A DNA stretch of 61,437 bases from a bacterium (GTDB lineage Bacteria > Hydrothermota > UBA3073 > JACQXS01): NCBI GenBank assembly GCA_030592575.1, contig JAUVIV010000001.1:1-61437 (forward strand). Direction: 5' to 3'. Below the pieces are notes generated by a model. It was not told where the DNA came from. It did no database searches and was given only the letters and a program-made list of their open reading frames with translations. The position numbers were made by a program, and so were the translations under genes. Shown in pieces: positions 56,724 through 61,437 of the stretch (position 1 is the first letter of the stretch; each line of letters opens with the position of its first letter).

Positions 56724-57001
56724 TATTTTAATATGACGCAATGCCTGAGTACATTTTTACTCAGTTTAAGTTCATGGTCAAGCTCGGGAAGTATTTCTTT
56801 TTCAACTGTGAATTCAATTAATACATAATACCCTTGTTCTTTTTTCTTTATTGGATAAGCAAGTTGGCGAATTCCCCATTTATCAATCTTTGAAACCTTG
56901 CCATTTTTTTCTATGATTTCTTTAAACCTGTCGGTTTCTTTGCTTATATTTTCTTCCCCACTTTTTGGGTTAAAGATTATAAGGTTTTCATATTCTCTCA
57001 T
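56723..57001 (-). CDS. rpsF: 30S ribosomal protein S6
   Basis: MREYENLIIF start. GIRQLAYPIKK motif. Confidence 0.88.
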   Translation of the reverse strand: MREYENLIIFNPKSGEENISKETDRFKEIIEKNGKVSKIDKWGIRQLAYPIKKKEQGYYVLIEFTVEKEILPELDHELKLSKNVLRHCVILK

Positions 57002-57010
57002 TGAAAATGG

Positions 57011-57038
57011 ATTATGCACTCAAAAATTACTCTGTCAA
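57011..57038 (-). promoter_or_regulatory. promoter TTGACA-N16-CATAAT, 9 nt before the rpsF ATG
   Basis: Minus-strand hexamers at 57038-57033 and 57016-57011. Confidence 0.5.
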
Positions 57039-57273
57039 GATAAAATTTTAAAAATATTAACAGATGTCCTCATATCGTTGGAATCAAATCCCATAAAATA
57101 AATTATGCTTTTAAAAAAATATTTACAGAAAAGAAGGGATAATTTAAAGAATAAGAAGTCATAGGGTGAAAGATAATAGGGGATAGGATTGTCTTTATCT
57201 ACTATATTATATAGCACAAAAAACTTGTTGACGATTAGAGAAAAATAAATTAAACTTAAAACAAGGAGTTAAA

Positions 57274-57954
57274 ATGAATAAACTTATAGCTATTGTAGAT
57301 GATGAACCTGATATTGTTGAACTCATCACACATCATCTAAAAAAAGAAGGATTTAGGGTAAAGGAATTTTATGATGGTGAGAATTTGCTTTCTTATGCAA
57401 GGAAAGAACTTCCCGATATGATAATTCTTGACCTAATGCTACCAGGTATAGATGGTATAGAAGTCTGTCGTTTGCTTAAATATAATGAAAAAACTTCATT
57501 TGTGCCTATTATTATGCTTACTGCTAAGGGAAGCGAAACAGACAGAGTTGTTGGTCTGGAACTTGGGGCAGATGATTATATGGTTAAGCCATTTAGTCCA
57601 AGAGAGCTTGTGGCTCGTGTCAAGGCAGTGCTTAGGCGGACTACTTTAAAGAAAGAGACTCCAAAAATCACGAGGATAGGAGATGTGACAATAGATTCAA
57701 CAAAATTTGAGGTGAAAGCGAAAGATAAAAAAATTAATTTGACTCCTACGGAGTTTAGAATTCTTGAAATTCTTGCAAGTCATAAGAATTGGGTTTTTAA
57801 TAGAGACCAGCTTCTTAACAAGCTCTGGGGGCACGACAAGATTGTTATTGATAGGACAATAGATGTTCATATCAGGAGATTGAGAGAGAAGTTGGGGAAA
57901 GCAGGCAAGATGGTTAAGACTATACGAGGAATTGGATATAAACTTGAGGAATAA
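57274..57954 (+). CDS. OmpR/PhoB-family response regulator
   Basis: Receiver domain (DDEPDI..DLMLPGIDG). Winged-helix output TIRGIGYKL. Confidence 0.92.
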   Translation: MNKLIAIVDDEPDIVELITHHLKKEGFRVKEFYDGENLLSYARKELPDMIILDLMLPGIDGIEVCRLLKYNEKTSFVPIIMLTAKGSETDRVVGLELGADDYMVKPFSPRELVARVKAVLRRTTLKKETPKITRIGDVTIDSTKFEVKAKDKKINLTPTEFRILEILASHKNWVFNRDQLLNKLWGHDKIVIDRTIDVHIRRLREKLGKAGKMVKTIRGIGYKLEE

Positions 57955-58030
57955 GATGTTAAGCCCTTCTTAAAATGCAATCTTGGATTTAAGAAAATCG
58001 TAATCAGGAGATTGCTCCTACGAAATAATT

Positions 58031-59806
58031 ATGCAACGAATTGGAATAATGTGGAAACAGTTTTTTTGTTATTTCCTAATTATTATTGCAACTGTTTCTG
58101 TTCTTGCGTTCTTTACCAGTCGGGAAATAGAACGGCATCACATTGGTCAGATTGAGAGGAACCTTAAACATCAAGCAGAATTAATAGAGGAAACATTGTA
58201 TCACCTGTCGTTTGAGGAACATAGTGATAAGATAGATGAGATTGTAAATAAGATAAGTAAAAAAATAGGAACAAGAATTACGGTTATTAAGCCAAATGGA
58301 GTGGTTATCGGTGATTCTGAAGAATATCCTAAAAATATGGAGAATCATGCAACAAGACCTGAGATAGCCGATGCACTGAAGGGGGAGATTGGTAAAAGTA
58401 TTCGTTTTAGTACTACTGTGAAAAAGAATATGCTATATCTGGTACTACCTGTAAAGCGAAATAATAAAATCATAGGAGTTATTAGAACAAGCCTTCCTTT
58501 AGAGAAAGTAAAGGAGTTGATAAATGTCATAAACCGAAAAATATTTTATTGGACAATAGCTTTAATTGTTTTTGGGCTTATTTTAAATTTAATATTCTCA
58601 AGGATATTTGCAAAACCAATTAGCGAAATAGTCCAGTCCACTAAGAAGATTGCAGGTGGGGATTTTACCACAAGAATATCAACCAATAGAAAGGATGAAT
58701 TGGGTGAATTAGCTACTGCATTGAACTGGATGACAGGAGAAATTCAGAGATTATTTACCGAAGTTGCGACAGAGAAAGAGGAACTTGCAGCAATTCTTTC
58801 TTCAATGATAGAGGGCGTAGTTGTTTTGGATGCTGATGGGAAAATTATATTAACAAATGATGGATTTAAAACTATTTGTGAACTCCCAAATTCTGAAAGT
58901 GCTATTGGCAGGTATTACTGGGAAATTTTGAGAAGTACCGATTTTAAGCAACTAATTGATGAAGTGCAAGACAAAGGAGTTACAGAAGCTTTGGAAATTC
59001 ATATAAGGAACAAAACGTATCTTGGCAATGCAACTTTGACTCGTGAAAAGGGAAAAGAAGAAACGGTTGCCGTTCTTCACGATATTACAGAAATTAGGCG
59101 ATTAGACCTGATGAAGTCAGAGTTTGTTGCCAGTGCGTCTCATGAGCTTAGAACTCCACTTACTGCCATTAAAGGATTTGTAGAAACTTTGGAAGAAGGT
59201 GCAGAAGGAGAAAAACAGCATTTCTTGCAAATTATCAAAAGGCATACTGATAGGATGATTAATCTTGTTTCTGACTTGCTTCTTCTTTCTAATCTGGAGG
59301 CTAAAGAACGGAAGCTTGAGATAGATAACATAGACTTAAAAGAGGTGTTTTCTAATGTCGTAAATATTTTCAAGGATAAGGTAAAAAAGAAGGAACTAAA
59401 AATAGAACTTCTAATACCTGATGGATTCCTTATAATAAAAGGAGATTCTTTTTTTATTGAGCAAGTATTTATCAACCTGCTTGATAATGCGATAAAATAT
59501 ACTCAGGAAGGTGAAATCAAAATAGAATTATTTGACTTGGACAAACAAGTCCGGATTGAAATGTCAGATACTGGGGTAGGCATACCAAAAGAGCATTTAT
59601 CAAGGCTATTTGAGAGGTTTTACACAGTTGATAAAGCTCGTTCAAGAGAACTCGGTGGAACTGGCTTGGGGCTTTCTATCGTAAAACATATTGTCCTACT
59701 TCATAATGGTAGGATAGATGTAGAAAGTGAACTCGGTAAGGGTTCCAAATTTCTTATAGTATTACCAAAAGGAGATGATATTTTGGGAGATACGAAAAGA
59801 TTTTAG
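58031..59806 (+). CDS. sensor histidine kinase (2 TM, periplasmic domain, HAMP, PAS, HisKA, HATPase)
   Basis: H-box SASHELRTPLT. N/G boxes LLDNAIKYT and GGTGLGLSIV. Confidence 0.9.
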   Translation: MQRIGIMWKQFFCYFLIIIATVSVLAFFTSREIERHHIGQIERNLKHQAELIEETLYHLSFEEHSDKIDEIVNKISKKIGTRITVIKPNGVVIGDSEEYPKNMENHATRPEIADALKGEIGKSIRFSTTVKKNMLYLVLPVKRNNKIIGVIRTSLPLEKVKELINVINRKIFYWTIALIVFGLILNLIFSRIFAKPISEIVQSTKKIAGGDFTTRISTNRKDELGELATALNWMTGEIQRLFTEVATEKEELAAILSSMIEGVVVLDADGKIILTNDGFKTICELPNSESAIGRYYWEILRSTDFKQLIDEVQDKGVTEALEIHIRNKTYLGNATLTREKGKEETVAVLHDITEIRRLDLMKSEFVASASHELRTPLTAIKGFVETLEEGAEGEKQHFLQIIKRHTDRMINLVSDLLLLSNLEAKERKLEIDNIDLKEVFSNVVNIFKDKVKKKELKIELLIPDGFLIIKGDSFFIEQVFINLLDNAIKYTQEGEIKIELFDLDKQVRIEMSDTGVGIPKEHLSRLFERFYTVDKARSRELGGTGLGLSIVKHIVLLHNGRIDVESELGKGSKFLIVLPKGDDILGDTKRF

Positions 59807-59954
59807 GTATCAAGAAACTTTTTAGTTAACAAATAATCATATTGAAATAATAAATGTAGTTAAAAGTATTTTATCTTATGTTTATCTATGCCTGTCTGTG
59901 GTCAAAAAATCCTTGACATTATGTGATTATATGATAAGTTAAAAACAGAATGCA

Positions 59955-59994
59955 CACAACACAACACAACACAACACAACACAACACAACACAA
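59955..59994 (+). repeat. pentanucleotide microsatellite (CACAA)x8
   Basis: Eight perfect tandem units counted directly. Confidence 0.95.
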
Positions 59995-60152
59995 CCTTGT
60001 AGTATTATATAATCCTGCTTTTTCTTTAATTTTCTACCCGGCTCTATCTGATGGTTCTTATTTTTATCCTGCCGAGTATTCAAACCCTGCATTAAAGCCT
60101 GCCCTGAGAGAAGCCGAAGGGTGCGGTAGAAGTTTTTCTTTACCCCAATATA

Positions 60153-60335
60153 TCATTGCGAGCTTTTCGCTTGTCATTGCGAGCCCTTCGCTCAGGACAA
60201 ATCTGAACCCTTCACTTGTCATTCTGAACCCTTCACTTGTCATTCTGAACGAAGTGAAGAATCTCAACATATCGTTCAGGGTAAACTCCGTGAAGAATCT
60301 CGCTCAGGACAGGCTTCGCGAAGCAATCTCATACT
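60153..60335. repeat. degenerate 21-nt periodic repeat block with nested hairpins/palindromes
   Basis: TCATTGCGAGC at 60153 and 60174. CTGAACCCTTCACTTGTCATT at 60203 and 60224. Hairpin CTTCACTT/AAGTGAAG. Palindrome GCTTCGCGAAGC at 60313-60324. Confidence 0.8.
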
Positions 60336-60367
60336 TATTAACCCAATTACTTAATAACCAATTATCA

Positions 60368-60398
60368 TTTAACCCAAGCCAGATGGCTTGAAAGGAGG
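60368..60398 (+). repeat. 31-nt hairpin+SD module, copy 1 (TTTAACCCAAGCCAGATGGCTTGAAAGGAGG)
   Basis: Exact repeat of 60455-60485. Stem AAGCC/GGCTT with loop AGAT, followed by an AAGGAGG SD. Confidence 0.9.
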
Positions 60399-60400
60399 TG

Positions 60401-60478
60401 ATGCAATATGAATGTATGAAGAAAGAATTGAAGGATTGTAAAATTTGTTTAGTTTTTAACCCAAGCCAGATGGCTTGA
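60401..60478 (+). CDS. possible 25-aa Cys-containing leader ORF (MQYECMKKELKDCKICLVFNPSQMA)
   Basis: ATG 2 nt after the end of module copy 1 (GGAGG ends 60398). Stops inside module copy 2, 11 nt before ATG 60490. Confidence 0.3.
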   Translation: MQYECMKKELKDCKICLVFNPSQMA

Positions 60479-60485
60479 AAGGAGG
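60455..60485 (+). repeat. 31-nt hairpin+SD module, copy 2
   Basis: Identical to 60368-60398. Provides the SD for ATG 60490. Confidence 0.9.
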
Positions 60486-60489
60486 AAAA

Positions 60490-61332
60490 ATGAGGAAAAT
60501 ATTCTCAATCGGGATAGGAATTGTGGGGTTAGCAATTGCAACAACACCTATTCTTGGACAAACGGATTACATATTGGAGCAAGGGATATGTTTTATTCCA
60601 CCTTATGGAGGGGATGTTTATACGCATACGCAACCAGGTGGGGCGAATTCTATAGTGATTCAGTCCTGGACTCTTCCACCTGTGTTGAAACCGGGACAAC
60701 AGCGCAAAGTAACAGTAAAATTTAAAGTATTTACTAACCATAGCCCCGTTTTTTATATCAACTATTTTGGTGATTGGCAGCCAAATGTTGAATTAGCCCA
60801 AAGTTCACTGTATGGAGGCATCCCAAGTGCAGATGAAGTATTTACAGATACTTTTGAGTTTACAGCTCCATCAACTCCCGGATGGTATCGCATGAGATTT
60901 ATGTGGCGAGGAAATTTCAGCCCAACGCCCAGTTTCTATGGTGGTACTTCCAGTGGTGTACCCAATGCCTTTAGTGAATTGGTTTTTCATGTTGGCTATC
61001 CTCTTGGAGTAAAAGAAGAGAGTAAAGGTAATGTCCCTCAGAAATTTGGCATGTCACAGAATCGTCCAAATCCAAGCAGTGGAGTTACGAATATTGCATA
61101 TCAAATTCCCAAGAAATCTAAAGTTTCTCTTAAGGTCTATGATAGTTCTGGCTGTATTGTGAGAACTTTGATTGATAGCGAACAGGACGCTGGTCATTAT
61201 ACTTCAACATGGTATGGAAAGGATAATAGCATTCAATCGGTTCCAAACGGTAATTATTTCTATAGGTTAAATTGTCCTGGCTCTAAGATGTGGTTACAAA
61301 TTGACATGCCAGAGCCTTCTCTTTTTCCATAA
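60490..61332 (+). CDS. secreted protein of unknown function with T9SS-type C-terminal sorting domain
   Basis: Signal peptide MRKIFSIGIGIVGLAIA. C-terminal QNRPNPSSGVTNIAYQIP..VSLKVYDSSG..GNYFYRL. The ORF-track start 60475 is a TTG inside the SD module. Confidence 0.7.
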   Translation: MRKIFSIGIGIVGLAIATTPILGQTDYILEQGICFIPPYGGDVYTHTQPGGANSIVIQSWTLPPVLKPGQQRKVTVKFKVFTNHSPVFYINYFGDWQPNVELAQSSLYGGIPSADEVFTDTFEFTAPSTPGWYRMRFMWRGNFSPTPSFYGGTSSGVPNAFSELVFHVGYPLGVKEESKGNVPQKFGMSQNRPNPSSGVTNIAYQIPKKSKVSLKVYDSSGCIVRTLIDSEQDAGHYTSTWYGKDNSIQSVPNGNYFYRLNCPGSKMWLQIDMPEPSLFP

Positions 61333-61437
61333 AATCATTGCATAAAATCTTTTTTTCTCTTACCTCCATTCCATTCCCATTTTTCGAAACTGTTCTTACC
61401 TTACTATCTTTTAATATATTATTACTTCTAACCCCCT

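Noticed and set aside
57060-57110. tRNA-like T-loop (GGAATCAAATCC)
   Set aside because: The surrounding sequence is AT-rich and cannot form acceptor, D or anticodon stems.
60064-60270. 68-aa minus-strand ORF (MLRFFTSFRMTSEGFRMTSEGFR...)
   Set aside because: It lies entirely in the 21-nt periodic repeat block. Its repetitive peptide simply mirrors the DNA repeats, and it has no SD or sensible context.
60153-60335. Possible CRISPR array
   Set aside because: The period is about 21 nt with degenerate units and no unique spacers. No cas genes are present in the window.
1-61437. Prophage, IS element, integron or defence island
   Set aside because: No integrase, transposase, recombinase, capsid/terminase, restriction-modification, toxin-antitoxin or cas-like proteins were recognised in any frame. 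The tRNA-Asn has no adjacent integrase or direct-repeat att-like copy that I could find.

Overview
AT-rich chromosomal window from what looks like an uncultivated, probably anaerobic bacterium. It has five radical SAM genes. Three secreted proteins end in FlgD-Ig/T9SS-type C-terminal sorting domains, which suggests an FCB-superphylum-like lineage (inference only). No rRNA, CRISPR array, transposase, integrase or obvious prophage was seen. Housekeeping content: dnaA flanked by DnaA-box clusters (candidate bipartite oriC, no dnaN); rplM-rpsI-rpsB-tsf; folK; xseAB; dxs; coaX; a phoH-pgpH-ybeY-CNNM block; one tRNA-Asn(GTT); panC; hup; clpC; rpsF-ssb-rpsR-rplI; and an OmpR/PhoR-like two-component pair. 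The standout is a roughly 14 kb minus-strand locus (34400-48730). It runs TetR, two tandem paralogous SPASM/Twitch-type radical SAM enzymes, an LPLAT acyltransferase, two ACPs, an MMPL/RND exporter, a LolA-like protein, two outer-membrane barrels, a lipoprotein and a second PlsC-type acyltransferase, with a divergent DUF374 acyltransferase at its head. It has the acyltransferase-ACP-ACP and LolA/MMPL scaffold of aryl-polyene/flexirubin-type clusters but no ketosynthase, reductase or dehydratase genes. I propose it is an undescribed system for radical modification and envelope export of an acyl lipid. Other signals: many TTGACA-N16/17-TAtttT promoters only 5-11 nt from the ATG, implying widespread leaderless mRNAs; an intergenic CAC(A/G)A(A/G)-rich palindromic repeat family; a tandem TPR gene-module duplication; unannotated small ORFs (bS22-like, hydrophobic peptide, Cys-containing leader ORF); and a 680-nt noncoding region with a (CACAA)8 microsatellite, a 21-nt periodic repeat block and a duplicated hairpin+SD module. 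All protein calls rest on motif recognition by eye in the supplied translations. No database search was run.
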